Origin: Clostridia bacterium
GTDB taxonomy: Bacteria > Bacillota > Clostridia > UBA1212 > UBA1255
DNA: 64,000 nt
Direction: 5' to 3'
Assembly: GCA_017560765.1 (NCBI GenBank)
Contig: JAFZEI010000015.1
Coordinates: forward strand, 397-64,396
Part shown: positions 47,095 to 58,461 of the stretch, piece by piece
Numbering within the stretch: position 1 is the stretch's first letter
How the letters are laid out: each line of letters begins with the position of its first letter
Position numbers and translations under genes: made by a program
The notes under the pieces: generated by a model
The model's database searches: none
What the model was told of the DNA's origin: nothing
The model's input: only the letters and a program-made list of their open reading frames with translations

Positions 47095-49185
47095 TTACTC
47101 TGCATTTCTCTGTTTGAGAACTGCTTCCTGTACGCTCTTAGGCACTTCCTCGTAGTGGCTGGGTTCCATGATAAATGAACCTCTACCCTGTGTGCTTGAA
47201 CGAAGTGTTGTTGTATAACCGAACATCTCGGCTAACGGACAATGTGCAGAAATAACCTTGCTGCCTGCAACATCCTCCATACCCTCAATCTTACCACGCT
47301 TAGCACTTACAGAACCGATGATATCACCTAAATATTCCTCAGGAACATTTACGCTAACCTTCATGATAGGTTCGAGAAGTACAGGATCAGCTTTCTTACA
47401 AGCTTCTTTAATTGCCATTGAACCGGCAATCTTAAACGCCATTTCTGAGGAGTCAACCTCGTGGTATGAACCATCAACAAGAGTTACTCTAACGTCTACC
47501 ATAGGATAGCCGGCAATGATACCGCTTTGAAGAGCTTCCTGAATACCCTGGTCAACAGGTCCGATATATTCCTTAGGAATTACGCCGCCCACAATCTTGT
47601 TAACGAACTCATAGCCTTTACCTCTTTCAAGGGGCTCAACCTCGATAACACAGTGACCGTATTGACCACGACCACCTGACTGGCGAACAAATTTACCTTC
47701 TTGGCGAACAGGTTTACGAATACCCTCTTTATAAGCAACTTGTGGGTTACCTACGTTAGCTTCTACCTTAAATTCACGAAGCAATCTGTCAACAATAATT
47801 TCCAGGTGAAGCTCACCCATACCGGAAATGATTGTTTGTCCTGTCTCATGATCTGTACGTACTCTGAATGTAGGGTCTTCCTCTGACAGTTTCTGAAGGG
47901 CAATACCCATCTTCTCCTGTCCTGCTTTTGTCTTAGGCTCAACTGCAACTGAAATAACCGGATCAGGGAACTCCATTGTCTCAAGAACAATAGGAGCACT
48001 GTCGTCACAAAGTGTGTCGCCTGTTGTTGTATCCTTTAAGCCAACTGCAGCAGCAATATCTCCTGCATATACACGGGTAATTTCTTCTCTGTGGTTAGCA
48101 TGCATCTGAACGATACGTCCTATACGCTCTTTTTTACCCTTTGTTGCATTGTATACATAAGAACCTGCTTCTAAAGATCCCGAATATACACGGAAGAAGC
48201 AAAGCTTACCTACAAACGGGTCTGTAACAATCTTAAATGCTAATGCAGCGAAAGGCTCATCATCACTTGAGTGACGAACTGCTTCTTCTCCTGTATCAGC
48301 AAGAACACCGTTAATAGCCGGAATATCTGTAGGTGCAGGCATATAATCAACAACTGCATCAAGAAGCTGTTGAACACCCTTGTTTCTATAAGAAGAACCA
48401 CAAAGAACAGGGATCATCTTAACAGCAATAGTAGCTTTACGGATTGCTCTCTTGATTTCTTCAACTGTCACTTCTTCGCCTTCGAGGTATTTCATCATAA
48501 CCTCTTCGTCTTGGTCCGCAACAGCCTCGAGTAATTCCATACGATATTGCTCTGCAAGTTCCTTCATATCCTCAGGAATTTCTTCGATTTCCATTACCTT
48601 ACCAAGATCGTCCTTGTATACGATTGCATGCATCTCAACAAGGTCGATGATACCTACGAATGAATCTTCTTTACCTATGGGCAATTGGAGCGGAACTGCG
48701 TTCGCACCTAATCTGTTGCGGATCATGTCTACACAACGGTAGAAATCCGCACCCATAATGTCCATTTTGTTTACATAACCCATACGTGGAACACCGTACT
48801 TGTCAGCCTGTCTCCAAACAGTCTCTGACTGAGGCTCAACACCACCCTTTGCACAGAACAAAGTAACGCTACCATCGAGAACACGCAATGAACGCTCAAC
48901 CTCTACTGTGAAGTCAACGTGTCCCGGTGTGTCAATGATGTTGATTCTTGTGTTCTTCCACTGTGCTGTTGTAGCAGCAGAAGTAATTGTAATACCTCTT
49001 TCCTGCTCCTGTGCCATGTAGTCCATGGTAGCAGCACCGTCATGTGTTTCACCGATTTTGTGTGTACGTCCGGTATAGAACAAAATTCTCTCTGTTGTAG
49101 TTGTTTTACCGGCGTCGATATGGGCCATAATTCCTATGTTTCTGGTATTTTCCAAACTAAATTGTCTAGGCATTATTTTCTCCAT
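47095..49185 (-). CDS. fusA: Elongation factor G
   Basis: 696 aa, ...[20 protein letters not shown]... and full EF-G domain order. Confidence 0.95.
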   Translation of the reverse strand: MEKIMPRQFSLENTRNIGIMAHIDAGKTTTTERILFYTGRTHKIGETHDGAATMDYMAQEQERGITITSAATTAQWKNTRINIIDTPGHVDFTVEVERSLRVLDGSVTLFCAKGGVEPQSETVWRQADKYGVPRMGYVNKMDIMGADFYRCVDMIRNRLGANAVPLQLPIGKEDSFVGIIDLVEMHAIVYKDDLGKVMEIEEIPEDMKELAEQYRMELLEAVADQDEEVMMKYLEGEEVTVEEIKRAIRKATIAVKMIPVLCGSSYRNKGVQQLLDAVVDYMPAPTDIPAINGVLADTGEEAVRHSSDDEPFAALAFKIVTDPFVGKLCFFRVYSGSLEAGSYVYNATKGKKERIGRIVQMHANHREEITRVYAGDIAAAVGLKDTTTGDTLCDDSAPIVLETMEFPDPVISVAVEPKTKAGQEKMGIALQKLSEEDPTFRVRTDHETGQTIISGMGELHLEIIVDRLLREFKVEANVGNPQVAYKEGIRKPVRQEGKFVRQSGGRGQYGHCVIEVEPLERGKGYEFVNKIVGGVIPKEYIGPVDQGIQEALQSGIIAGYPMVDVRVTLVDGSYHEVDSSEMAFKIAGSMAIKEACKKADPVLLEPIMKVSVNVPEEYLGDIIGSVSAKRGKIEGMEDVAGSKVISAHCPLAEMFGYTTTLRSSTQGRGSFIMEPSHYEEVPKSVQEAVLKQRNAE

Positions 49186-49237
49186 TTCTTAGTTTAAAAC
49201 TAAACTCACACTACTGCACATAATTTCCTTAAAGAAA

Positions 49238-49708
49238 TTACCAACGGTAATGAGCAAACGCACGGTTTGCTTCTGCCATTTTGTGCATATCTTCTTTTCT
49301 TCTTACTGCGCCGCCTGCATTATTAAGTGCATCCATAAGCTCGCCTGCAAGACGCTCTGCCATTGTTCTTTCGCTTCTCTTACGAGCAAAAGTAACAACC
49401 CATCTGAGACCAAGTGCTTGACGTCTTTCGGGTCTAACCTCGATAGGTACCTGATATGTGGCACCACCAACACGTCTTGCTTTAACTTCTAACTGGGGCA
49501 TGATGTTATTGAGAGCTTCTCTGAAAACTTCTAAAGGTTCTCTGCCGGTTTTTTCACGGATGATTTCAAAGGCATCATAGCAAATTCTCTGTGCTACACC
49601 TTTCTTACCATCTAACATGATGTTGTTTATAAGTTTTGTAACAACTTGATCGTTGTATATAGGATCAGGCAGAACCTCTCTCTTCGCAATATATCCTTTT
49701 CTAGGCAT
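49238..49708 (-). CDS. rpsG: 30S ribosomal protein S7
   Basis: 156 aa, [19 protein letters not shown]... Confidence 0.95.
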   Translation of the reverse strand: MPRKGYIAKREVLPDPIYNDQVVTKLINNIMLDGKKGVAQRICYDAFEIIREKTGREPLEVFREALNNIMPQLEVKARRVGGATYQVPIEVRPERRQALGLRWVVTFARKRSERTMAERLAGELMDALNNAGGAVRRKEDMHKMAEANRAFAHYRW

Positions 49709-49845
49709 TTAAACTTCCCTCCTTTTAATGATAAGTGATCATTTGGTACTCTGCATTTTTTCAGCAGTACATGCCGGCTTCTTTTCATATGATATATCAC
49801 GCTAAAAATGAAATCTATATGAATCACCGGCGATCCGGTTAATAA

Positions 49846-50268
49846 TTATTTTTTAGCTGCTTTCGGTACCTTAGCACCGTACTTTGATCTACCCTGCATA
49901 CGGTTGTTAACACCTGCTGTATCAAGAGTACCTCTGATAATATGGTATCTTACACCAGGGAGATCTTTAACTCTACCGCCTCTTATAAGAACAACGCTAT
50001 GCTCTTGAAGGTTATGTCCGATACCCGGAATATATGCAGTAACTTCCATACCGTTTGTGAGACGTACTCTGGCAATTTTACGCAAAGCAGAGTTAGGTTT
50101 TTTAGGTGTAGTTGTTCTTACAACTGAACAAACTCCTCTCTTTTGCGGACTGCTGATGTCAGTGCTTCTCTTTGTTAAGCTGTTAAAGCCTTTTTGAAGA
50201 GCAGGAGAAGTGGACTTCTTTTCAATTGTCTGTCTACCCTTACGAACCAATTGGTTAAATGTTGGCAT
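49846..50268 (-). CDS. rpsL: 30S ribosomal protein S12
   Basis: 140 aa, [13 protein letters not shown]...[10 protein letters not shown]... Confidence 0.95.
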   Translation of the reverse strand: MPTFNQLVRKGRQTIEKKSTSPALQKGFNSLTKRSTDISSPQKRGVCSVVRTTTPKKPNSALRKIARVRLTNGMEVTAYIPGIGHNLQEHSVVLIRGGRVKDLPGVRYHIIRGTLDTAGVNNRMQGRSKYGAKVPKAAKK

Positions 50269-50344
50269 TCAATTTCACCTCCGATTTTATTTTATGTTTT
50301 CTTGTACAAAACAGCAAAAATGCTACAAGTGCACAAGCTTTGTA

Positions 50345-50373
50345 ATTGTACACGAGACAATGCTTATTGTCAA
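50345..50373 (-). promoter_or_regulatory. Candidate rpsL (str operon) promoter (-35 TTGACA 50368-50373, 17 nt, -10 TACAAT 50345-50350)
   Basis: Minus-strand reading. Lies between the upstream gene terminator and the rpsL RBS (GGAGGTG). Confidence 0.4.
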
Positions 50374-50384
50374 CACTTAATGTC

Positions 50385-50424
50385 AAAAAATAACGGAGCC
50401 GATTATCGTGAAATAATCGGCTCC
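50385..50424 (-). terminator. Strong intrinsic terminator of the cohesin/lectin protein gene
   Basis: Perfect 12-bp stem GGAGCCGATTAT / ATAATCGGCTCC, 6-nt loop, then GTTA + T6 on minus strand. 27 nt after the stop at 50451. Confidence 0.6.
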
Positions 50425-50450
50425 ATCTTTAAACGACTATTCGTTTGCAA

Positions 50451-53400
50451 TTATTTTGGAACTCTGTATGCAAAACGGAATTGGTTTGTACTCTTGTCTA
50501 TAGTCTCATACGAAGGTTGTACTGATCTTATTCTGGAATCACTACCCGCATCGTATCTATATGAGTAACCTCCATCATAGTCACTGGCAATAATGAATAC
50601 GTGTCTCGGATAGTTAGAATATGCAGGAGCAAAGCTTCCCGTATAACCAACGAATACAATATCACCTGCTTTAAGTGAACTCAGTGATGTTACCTTAGTA
50701 AATCCGTAGCGCAAAAGGAATGTTTCAAGACTGATAATATTTGCGCCGGAGTTACCGTAAAGTGAAAGTCCTTCTTTAGAAGGCTGATGTGCTGTATAGC
50801 CTGCATTACCCATGAGCCAACCTATAAATCTGTCACAAGATACATGCTTGTATGATTTGTCAAGATATGGGTTAACTGTAGAGTGTCCGTATACCCAGCC
50901 ATTTACTCTTGCATAGTCTGCAACAGATTTAGCATGAGTAAGAAGTTTTGCAACTTTCTGTCCGTGTTTAGCATAAACAAATGCACCGTTTTGATCATAT
51001 ACTGCATAACCTGTTGTTGAATTCTCATTTGCTTTTGCAACCGCAGCATTATAATCAGTATATACTCCGCCGATTTGCGCACCTAAATCATTCTTTACAT
51101 ACCATGAAATATTTTCTGCTGTTCTATCTGCTATAAAGAAGCGTTGATTTTCTTCGCCATAGTAAGTATAGAGTTGAACATTTGTTCCGCTTGTGTAATC
51201 TGCATTAGAAACATCCAAAGCCATTTTGTCACAATGAGCAGGACGGAAAGCATATGTTGTTTCTTGAATATACAGGTACCATTGCTGAGAAAGGCTATCA
51301 TTGCAGTTCTCCGTAACAATATTTGTTACATCTGTCACACCGGCTCCGCTTACAGCCAAAGCTTTATCATTACTCTCGTTGACAATTCTGTAAGCACCAT
51401 TGTCAAGTCGTATGAATTTCCAAAGTTGACTTGATGAAGCAGCCGGAGTAGCAAGCTGAACATTAGTACCTGAAACAGCAAGAGATTTACCTCCAACAGT
51501 TATATGCGCAAAGAAATTCGTACCAACATCTGCAGGCGTCAATTTATTAAATGTACTTGTTTGTGTATTCAAATAATTTACTGCAGCGTCACCATATTTA
51601 ATTATTTTTTCAGTGATATCAACGAGTTTTGCATCTGTACCACTCTGTGATGAATAAACATACGACTCAATGCTATATTCAAATGTTCCGCTTATTGCTT
51701 TACCAGTACTGTCACAAACAGTGAGTTTCACTGTTTTGCTCATCTGCGATGCACCTAATCCATCAAAAACAAATGCATATACAGGTGTACCGGCAGGTCC
51801 TGTTACAGTTGAAAAGGCATCTTGTTTTACAGTTCCCAACAAATTATTGCTTGTATCCGTTACCTTAACATATACATTTGATAAATCTGTATCAAAATAT
51901 CCTTTGATTGCAACTTTATTATCAAGATAAAGTCCCATCGCTAACCAAGTAGCTTTATCGCCGGAAGCTACAGTAGGCGCTTTTTTCACATTTGTGAGAG
52001 CTCTTAAATCACTTGTGCCAAATTTCTTCTGAGCTGTTGTCAAATTTGCACTAACAAGTTTGTCTACATTATATCCATTATAAATCTGTGCTGATGCTCC
52101 GTAATTAAGCATATCAACAAGCAATGTCTTAAAAGATGGATCCGTTGCCGATGCAAGTTTAGAATAAATATATGTAGCCACACTATATTGGTTCGTCTTA
52201 CTTGAATATACAACTCCGTCTTTAGTTGCTTTTAATGTTGTAAAAATAGCGTCGTTCATCATCTGAGGCGCCACGTTGTTAAATGAGAATAAATAACAAG
52301 CAACTCCGCCGACAGAGGATGTTACTGGATTAAGAGTAATTGTTTTTCCGCCAAAAGTCGCCTCAAGATAAGGATTTGAAAAACCTGCAGCATCAAAGAT
52401 ATCTTTCTTTACAAGATATTTAATTGTAATATCACTTGAAATTGAAAGTGTTGTACCATCAATTTTAAGTGCAGTGTCTTTTACTTTAACAAAACCAGAG
52501 TCTGTTATAAATTGGTCTGTAATATCAGAAGAACCTGATGTTGCACTGTTTACAGTAACCATTACATCGTTATCGCCCAAATTAGCGTTACTGTTTACTT
52601 TAAACTCTATGTAAGCAATAGTTCCGGTTGCTGTTGTGTTAGCAGTACCTTTCCAAGATAATTCATATGAATATGTTGTTTTTGTTGCTTTGAAAACAGC
52701 ATTTCCCATTACGATACCATTTGTCGCTTTTACTGGAGTCAAAACGCTTGGATCCCATTTTACATTAACTACAAGATTCTTTAATCCGGGGTTATTTCCT
52801 AATACAACAGGAACTTTTACCGTGCCGCCAATATTTGCCTCAACATCATCTGCATATATATCAGCCGATTTTGCAACATCAGTCACTGTAAAATATACCT
52901 TGCTGCCTTTTGGAGAAGTGTCTCTCATTATTACAGCATAGTAGTTACCTGCTGAAAGCCTCGGCAAGGAAACTGTCTTTTCGCCGCTAAGATTAATTCT
53001 GTGCATAGGATTTGCCGTTCCCATACCTGAACCGCACTCTTCACCATCATTATAGATACCCAACCAAAGATTGCTTGTAATTGAATCTCCGTAATTAATT
53101 GTTGCTTTAAGATTTCCTGTTTCGCTTACAGTAGTTGAATTAAGTGTAAGAGAAGGATCTACCGTACCTTCATATCCATAATATATGTTATCAATATTAA
53201 ATGCTCTGAAGCGAGAACCAATTGCCATAGATTTTACATAAGAAATCATTGCATTTGATGTTGTAGCCTTTAAATTGCCATTTGCATCATAAATAGTTGC
53301 TGTTCTGTAATATCTCTCGTTATATGCGTCTGATGAGCTTGGTAAAAGACCGGGATCAGCATAAGTTACAAATGCAAATACTTCTCCGTCAAGAGCAAAT

Positions 53401-54587
53401 CTCATTTTTCCACGTCCGTCATCTATCGCTTTGAATTTATGGAAAGCTGTATCAATATAACTTGTGAGCGGATGTGTGTATTTTATTTGAGACAAAGTTC
53501 CCGAAGCTGCATTATATGTTATTACACAAACTTCAATCATAGAAGGATGAATATTTACACTTACACCACTCTTACCTACAGAGTTTTCTCCGTCCACTTT
53601 ATTTGATTCGAAAAACTTATTGTCTTTCCAATCTTTTTCATAGCCATAATTGAATACAAATCCTGCAAAGTGACCAGCTGCTGTTTCCGGCTTTACATCT
53701 GCTGAGAATAAATAAGCACATCCGTTATTGAAGAATTTATTTACCTGCATACTGTCATATTTCAACTTAAGGTACTTATTTGTTCCTTCTACAACGTATT
53801 CGGAATCTCCTGTTCCTGCATTAAACAAGAATTCACCATTAATATTTGTTTTGCTTCCGATAAGTGCAAGACCATTCGTTACTGCAGCTTCTTGGAAATC
53901 ATATGATGTCTTTGGTACATAATGCAAACCATGAGGTATAATGTCAACTCTGCCGGATTTTACATCTGTATAAACCTTACAGAACAAATCATCATATTCT
54001 TGTGCCTGTGCTACACTGTCAAAGAAACCTATATATGCCACATCAACTGTTTTGCCTGCAACTGATGACGCACCGATTCTCATTGATGTAATTGTAGCAT
54101 TAAGCTGTGCTGATGTACCAACAGAACTTGTTGACGAACCCATTAACTCTTTTGATAAGTTGTATGTGGTAAGATTCCATACGCCGTCGCAAACCAGCTT
54201 GCTGGTAGATATAACTCCGCCTGCGGCAGGACCCCAACCACCGGCTGTTGTATCGGGATAAAGCCAAGGGTTACTGATTGATGTATTAATATCTCCCTTG
54301 TACTTAATTGCCATAATCTTACCGCTCATGCTTGTATCTACAAGATTTACTGTAAAATACGGGTCGTTAGCATCTGTCGTTTTAATGGAAACATACTCAT
54401 CTTTGTATGTGTATGTTATTCCACTCGACGATGTATCAATAATTAGTTTGTGATTACCTTCCGCAAAAGATGTTACTCCCTTGTATGAACTCAGCTCCGC
54501 TGCCAACAATACATTAGTTGAGGGCAACATACTAAATACCATCACAAAAACAAGTAACAGCGAAAGAAACTTCATTCCTCGTTTCAT
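50451..54587 (-). CDS. Large secreted multidomain protein: signal peptide, unknown N-terminal domains, cohesin-like module, ricin-B (beta-trefoil, QxW) lectin domain, C-terminal Cys/His papain-like (NlpC/P60- or CHAP-like) domain
   Basis: 1378 aa. MKRGMKFLSLLLVFVMVFSMLPSTNVLLAAE signal. Cohesin-like GGTVKVPVVLGNNPGLKNLVVNVKWDPSVLTPV...IAYIEFKV. Beta-trefoil with QLWKF / QQWYL / QRFFI repeats. C-terminus SCDRFIGW ... GDIVFVGY ... HVFIIAS. No dockerin DxNxDG repeats seen. AGGAG RBS 7 nt upstream. Confidence 0.6.
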   Translation of the reverse strand: MKRGMKFLSLLLVFVMVFSMLPSTNVLLAAELSSYKGVTSFAEGNHKLIIDTSSSGITYTYKDEYVSIKTTDANDPYFTVNLVDTSMSGKIMAIKYKGDINTSISNPWLYPDTTAGGWGPAAGGVISTSKLVCDGVWNLTTYNLSKELMGSSTSSVGTSAQLNATITSMRIGASSVAGKTVDVAYIGFFDSVAQAQEYDDLFCKVYTDVKSGRVDIIPHGLHYVPKTSYDFQEAAVTNGLALIGSKTNINGEFLFNAGTGDSEYVVEGTNKYLKLKYDSMQVNKFFNNGCAYLFSADVKPETAAGHFAGFVFNYGYEKDWKDNKFFESNKVDGENSVGKSGVSVNIHPSMIEVCVITYNAASGTLSQIKYTHPLTSYIDTAFHKFKAIDDGRGKMRFALDGEVFAFVTYADPGLLPSSSDAYNERYYRTATIYDANGNLKATTSNAMISYVKSMAIGSRFRAFNIDNIYYGYEGTVDPSLTLNSTTVSETGNLKATINYGDSITSNLWLGIYNDGEECGSGMGTANPMHRINLSGEKTVSLPRLSAGNYYAVIMRDTSPKGSKVYFTVTDVAKSADIYADDVEANIGGTVKVPVVLGNNPGLKNLVVNVKWDPSVLTPVKATNGIVMGNAVFKATKTTYSYELSWKGTANTTATGTIAYIEFKVNSNANLGDNDVMVTVNSATSGSSDITDQFITDSGFVKVKDTALKIDGTTLSISSDITIKYLVKKDIFDAAGFSNPYLEATFGGKTITLNPVTSSVGGVACYLFSFNNVAPQMMNDAIFTTLKATKDGVVYSSKTNQYSVATYIYSKLASATDPSFKTLLVDMLNYGASAQIYNGYNVDKLVSANLTTAQKKFGTSDLRALTNVKKAPTVASGDKATWLAMGLYLDNKVAIKGYFDTDLSNVYVKVTDTSNNLLGTVKQDAFSTVTGPAGTPVYAFVFDGLGASQMSKTVKLTVCDSTGKAISGTFEYSIESYVYSSQSGTDAKLVDITEKIIKYGDAAVNYLNTQTSTFNKLTPADVGTNFFAHITVGGKSLAVSGTNVQLATPAASSSQLWKFIRLDNGAYRIVNESNDKALAVSGAGVTDVTNIVTENCNDSLSQQWYLYIQETTYAFRPAHCDKMALDVSNADYTSGTNVQLYTYYGEENQRFFIADRTAENISWYVKNDLGAQIGGVYTDYNAAVAKANENSTTGYAVYDQNGAFVYAKHGQKVAKLLTHAKSVADYARVNGWVYGHSTVNPYLDKSYKHVSCDRFIGWLMGNAGYTAHQPSKEGLSLYGNSGANIISLETFLLRYGFTKVTSLSSLKAGDIVFVGYTGSFAPAYSNYPRHVFIIASDYDGGYSYRYDAGSDSRIRSVQPSYETIDKSTNQFRFAYRVPK

Positions 54588-54679
54588 AAAAACTCTCCTT
54601 TTTTAAAATTTTATAGGTTTGATATCAACAAAAACCTTCATTTGGTATTATGATATATTACAAATATTTTTTTGTCAAT

Positions 54680-54713
54680 AAAAAAAGCCGCACAACCTTT
54701 TAAGTTGTACGGC
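54680..54713 (-). terminator. Intrinsic terminator of rpoC
   Basis: Stem GCCGUACAAC / GUUGUGCGGC (one G-U) with 7-nt loop, then U7 on minus strand (plus A-run 54680-54686). 19 nt after rpoC stop. Confidence 0.5.
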
Positions 54714-54731
54714 CAAAACACTATTTGTATT

Positions 54732-57700
54732 TTAATCTTCGTCAGGTTCATTACTATCGTCAAGATAGATATTACCATCTACAACATCGTATTGCTCTTC
54801 AACAGAAACTTCTGTATCTGCATCCTCTGCAACAACTTCATCTGTTACTTCAACGTAATCTTCCTCTTTTAACTCTTCTCCCGGCTTTCTTTGAAGAGCC
54901 TCCACATCAATCTCGATATCTTTATAACGGCTCATACCTGTACCGGCAGGAATAAGTTTACCGATAATAACGTTTTCTTTAAGACCAAGAAGCGGATCTC
55001 TCTTACTCTTAATAGCCGCCTCAGTAAGAACTCTTGTAGTTTCTTGGAAGGAGGCTGCTGAAAGGAAAGATTCTGTTGCAAGAGATGCCTTTGTAATACC
55101 AAGAAGTGTTCTGCTTCCTGTAGCCTCTTTCTTGCCCTCTGCTGCCATTTTTTCATTTTCAATATTAAATGTTGTAATATCAACCATGCTACCCGGCAAA
55201 AGTGAAGTATCTCCTACATCGTCAACTTTAATTTTGCGGAGCATTTGTCTTACAATTACCTCGATATGACGGTCGTTAATTTTAACACCCTGCATATTGT
55301 ACACTTTTTGTACTTCTTCAATGATGTAATTTTGTACGCCGGTCACACCAACAACTTTTAATATATCATGAGGATTAATGGATCCTCCGACAAGCATATC
55401 GCCCTTCTTGATAAAATCTCCATCTTTTACACGAAGGTTTGTACCCATTACAAATGAATATGTTGCTGACATACCATCCTCAGAAGTAACCGTAACTTCA
55501 CGCTTTTTACCGGAATCATTAATAGAAACAGTACCGTCAAGTTCGGAAATAGTTGCATTTCCTTTTGGTTTTCTTGCCTCGAACAACTCTTCAACTCTCG
55601 GAAGACCTTGAGTGATATCGTCCGCTGTAGCAACACCACCCGTATGGAATGTACGCATGGTAAGCTGTGTACCGGGCTCACCGATTGATTGAGCAGCAAT
55701 GATACCAACTGCATCACCCACATTACACTCTTCGTTTGTTGCAAGGTTAGAACCATAACACTTAGCACAAACACCATGCTTACACTTACAAGTAAGAACT
55801 GAGCGAATTTTCACAGTTGTATGACCTGCGGCAACAATCTTTTCAGCAAGTTCCTCTGTAATCAATGTGTCGCGGTCAGCGAGAATTTCACCTGTGCTTG
55901 GGTCAACAATGGTTTCAGCCGGATAACGTCCGGAAATACGTGCAGCCAACGGAACAATAGGTCCTTGCTCCTTTGCGTCCGGATTTTCTATAGCAGAAAT
56001 TTCTATATGATCCTCTGTGCCGCAATCATGCTCACGAATAATTACCTCTTGGCTGACATCAACAAGACGTCTTGTCAAATAACCTGAGTCAGCTGTTCTA
56101 AGAGCCGTATCTGACAATGTTTTTCTTGTACCGTGGCTGGAGATAAAGAACTCCAATACGTCAAGACCTTCACGGAAGTTTGCCTTAATCGGGATTTCGA
56201 TAGACTTACCTGATGTATCTGTCATAAGACCACGCATACCTGCAAGCTGCTTAATCTGGTTAATGTTACCTCTGGCTCCTGAATCACTCATCATATTAAT
56301 CGGGTTATATTCACCCATGTTCTTTTTGAGGATTGCAGTAAGCTTTTCTATTGTCTCTGTCCAAGCTTTAATAACATTGTTATAACGCTCTTCTTCTGTG
56401 ATAAGACCTCTTCTGTATTGTTTTACAATCTTATCAACCAATTTATCTGTCTCATCAATGAGCTGTTGTTTTTCGGGAGGAACAATAATATCCTCAATAC
56501 CTACTGTAATAGCACCTTTTGTAGAGAATTTATATCCCAATGCCTTAATTTTATCAAGTACAACTGCTGTCTCGGTAATACCGTGAACCTTAATACATTT
56601 ATCAAGAATTTCACCCAATGTACCTTTTTTTACCAACTTGTCGATTTCAAGAACGAGAGCATTTTCTCTCTTTGTTCTATCAACAAATCCCAAATCCTGA
56701 GGAATAGCATCGTTAAAAATCAACTTACCTATTGTTGTATTTATACGCTGAGTAATAGGTTCGCCCTCAAACTCACCAAATCTTCTTACAATAATAGCTG
56801 TATGCAAGTCGATTTGTCCGATATCATATGCCATCTTAGCTTCGTCATACGAAGCGAAAACAGGAGCATTTGTATAATCTTTATTTTTATTAAGTGTCAA
56901 ATAATAACTACCGAGAACCATATCCTGTGTAGGAACTGTAATCGGTTTACCATCCTTAGGAGCAAGCAAATTGTTTGCGGAAAGCATAAGAACTCTTGCC
57001 TCTGCCTGTGCCTCTGCTGAAAGAGGTACGTGAACAGCCATCTGGTCTCCGTCAAAGTCAGCATTGTACGCTGTACATACCAACGGATGCAAACGAAGAG
57101 CACGACCTTCAACGAGAACAGGTTCAAAAGCCTGAATACCAAGACGGTGAAGTGTAGGCGCACGGTTCAAAAGAACAGGATGCTCCTTGATAATATCTTC
57201 AAGAATATCCCATACCTCCGGACGAACACGATCAACCATTTTACGTGCACTCTTAACATTCAAAGCCTTACCGTCATTAACAAGTTTTCTCATAACAAAA
57301 GGCTTAAACAACTCAAGCGCCATTTCTTTAGGAAGTCCGCACTGGTAAATCTTAAGCTCAGGACCTACGACAATAACGCTACGTCCTGAATAGTCAACAC
57401 GTTTACCGAGAAGGTTTTGACGGAAACGTCCCTGCTTACCGCGAAGCATATCTGACAAAGACTTAAGAGGTCTTGTGTTAGGTCCCGTAACAGGACGTCC
57501 TCTTCTGCCATTATCAAGCAAAGCATCAACAGCCTCCTGGAGCATTCTCTTTTCGTTTCTTACAATGATATCGGGAGCTCTTAATTCTTTAAGTCTCTTT
57601 AATCTGTTGTTTCTGTTAATAACACGTCTGTAAAGATCGTTAAGGTCAGATGTTGCAAATCTGCCACCTTCCAACTGTACCATCGGACGAAGATCCGGTG

Positions 57701-58439
57701 GGATTACAGGCACTACGGAAAGTACCATCCACTCCGGCTTATTGTGAGATTGACGAAAAGCTTCTACAACTTCAAGTCTCTTTATGAGACGCATTTTCTT
57801 TTGGCTTATTGTCTGTCCGCCTTTTTCTTTCTCAACATCAGTAAGATGATCAACTTCTTCTCTTAATTCTACAGAAAGTTTCTCAAGGTCAACTTCTGAC
57901 AAAAGCTTTTGAATAGCCTCTGCACCCATCTGAGCTGTAAAGCTTTGATAACCATACTGATTTACAGCATCTCTGAACTCACGTTCTGACAAAACCTGTT
58001 TGTATTCAAGTGCCGTTGTGCCGGGGTCAGTTACGATATATGCTGCGAAATAGAGAACCTTTTCCAATGAACGAGGAGCCATGTCCAAAATCAAGCCCAT
58101 TCTGCTGGGGATTCCTCTAAAGAACCAAATATGTGATACAGGAGCTGCAAGCTCTATGTGACCCATTCTTGTTCTTCTTACCTTTGAACTTGTAACCTCA
58201 ACGCCACACTTATCACAAACTATTCCTCTATATCTGTTTTTCTTATATTTACCGCAATGACATTCGCCATCCTTTGTGGGTCCAAATATTTTTTCACAGA
58301 AAAGACCGTCTTTCTCGGGTTTAAGAGTTCTGTAGTTAATTGTTTCCGGCTTCTTAACCTCTCCGTGAGACCATTTTAAAATTGTCTCCGGTGATGCAAG
58401 GCCAATCTGTATTGAATCAAAATTATTAAAATCTATCAC
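54732..58439 (-). CDS. rpoC: DNA-directed RNA polymerase subunit beta'
   Basis: 1235 aa. Zn-binding CHCGKYK...C..C N-terminus, NADFDGDQM catalytic motif. Confidence 0.95.
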   Translation of the reverse strand: MIDFNNFDSIQIGLASPETILKWSHGEVKKPETINYRTLKPEKDGLFCEKIFGPTKDGECHCGKYKKNRYRGIVCDKCGVEVTSSKVRRTRMGHIELAAPVSHIWFFRGIPSRMGLILDMAPRSLEKVLYFAAYIVTDPGTTALEYKQVLSEREFRDAVNQYGYQSFTAQMGAEAIQKLLSEVDLEKLSVELREEVDHLTDVEKEKGGQTISQKKMRLIKRLEVVEAFRQSHNKPEWMVLSVVPVIPPDLRPMVQLEGGRFATSDLNDLYRRVINRNNRLKRLKELRAPDIIVRNEKRMLQEAVDALLDNGRRGRPVTGPNTRPLKSLSDMLRGKQGRFRQNLLGKRVDYSGRSVIVVGPELKIYQCGLPKEMALELFKPFVMRKLVNDGKALNVKSARKMVDRVRPEVWDILEDIIKEHPVLLNRAPTLHRLGIQAFEPVLVEGRALRLHPLVCTAYNADFDGDQMAVHVPLSAEAQAEARVLMLSANNLLAPKDGKPITVPTQDMVLGSYYLTLNKNKDYTNAPVFASYDEAKMAYDIGQIDLHTAIIVRRFGEFEGEPITQRINTTIGKLIFNDAIPQDLGFVDRTKRENALVLEIDKLVKKGTLGEILDKCIKVHGITETAVVLDKIKALGYKFSTKGAITVGIEDIIVPPEKQQLIDETDKLVDKIVKQYRRGLITEEERYNNVIKAWTETIEKLTAILKKNMGEYNPINMMSDSGARGNINQIKQLAGMRGLMTDTSGKSIEIPIKANFREGLDVLEFFISSHGTRKTLSDTALRTADSGYLTRRLVDVSQEVIIREHDCGTEDHIEISAIENPDAKEQGPIVPLAARISGRYPAETIVDPSTGEILADRDTLITEELAEKIVAAGHTTVKIRSVLTCKCKHGVCAKCYGSNLATNEECNVGDAVGIIAAQSIGEPGTQLTMRTFHTGGVATADDITQGLPRVEELFEARKPKGNATISELDGTVSINDSGKKREVTVTSEDGMSATYSFVMGTNLRVKDGDFIKKGDMLVGGSINPHDILKVVGVTGVQNYIIEEVQKVYNMQGVKINDRHIEVIVRQMLRKIKVDDVGDTSLLPGSMVDITTFNIENEKMAAEGKKEATGSRTLLGITKASLATESFLSAASFQETTRVLTEAAIKSKRDPLLGLKENVIIGKLIPAGTGMSRYKDIEIDVEALQRKPGEELKEEDYVEVTDEVVAEDADTEVSVEEQYDVVDGNIYLDDSNEPDED

Positions 58440-58461
58440 TGTCTACACTCCTTACTCCGCA

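Noticed and set aside
49627-49827. 66-aa ORF in the rpsL-rpsG spacer as a possible L7Ae-like gene
   Set aside because: It overlaps the 5' end of rpsG in another frame and has no similarity to L7Ae. The spacer is simply 137 nt of non-coding sequence.
50451-54587. Dockerin module in the cohesin protein
   Set aside because: No paired DxNxDGxxNxxD calcium-binding repeats were found anywhere in the 1378 aa.
56418-57020. 200-aa plus-strand ORF
   Set aside because: It lies antisense inside rpoC and gives a low-complexity Cys/Asn-rich translation. Similar antisense artefacts occur at 15578-16165 (in deoC), 24858-25388, 33609-34124, 1373-1669 and 13615-14019.
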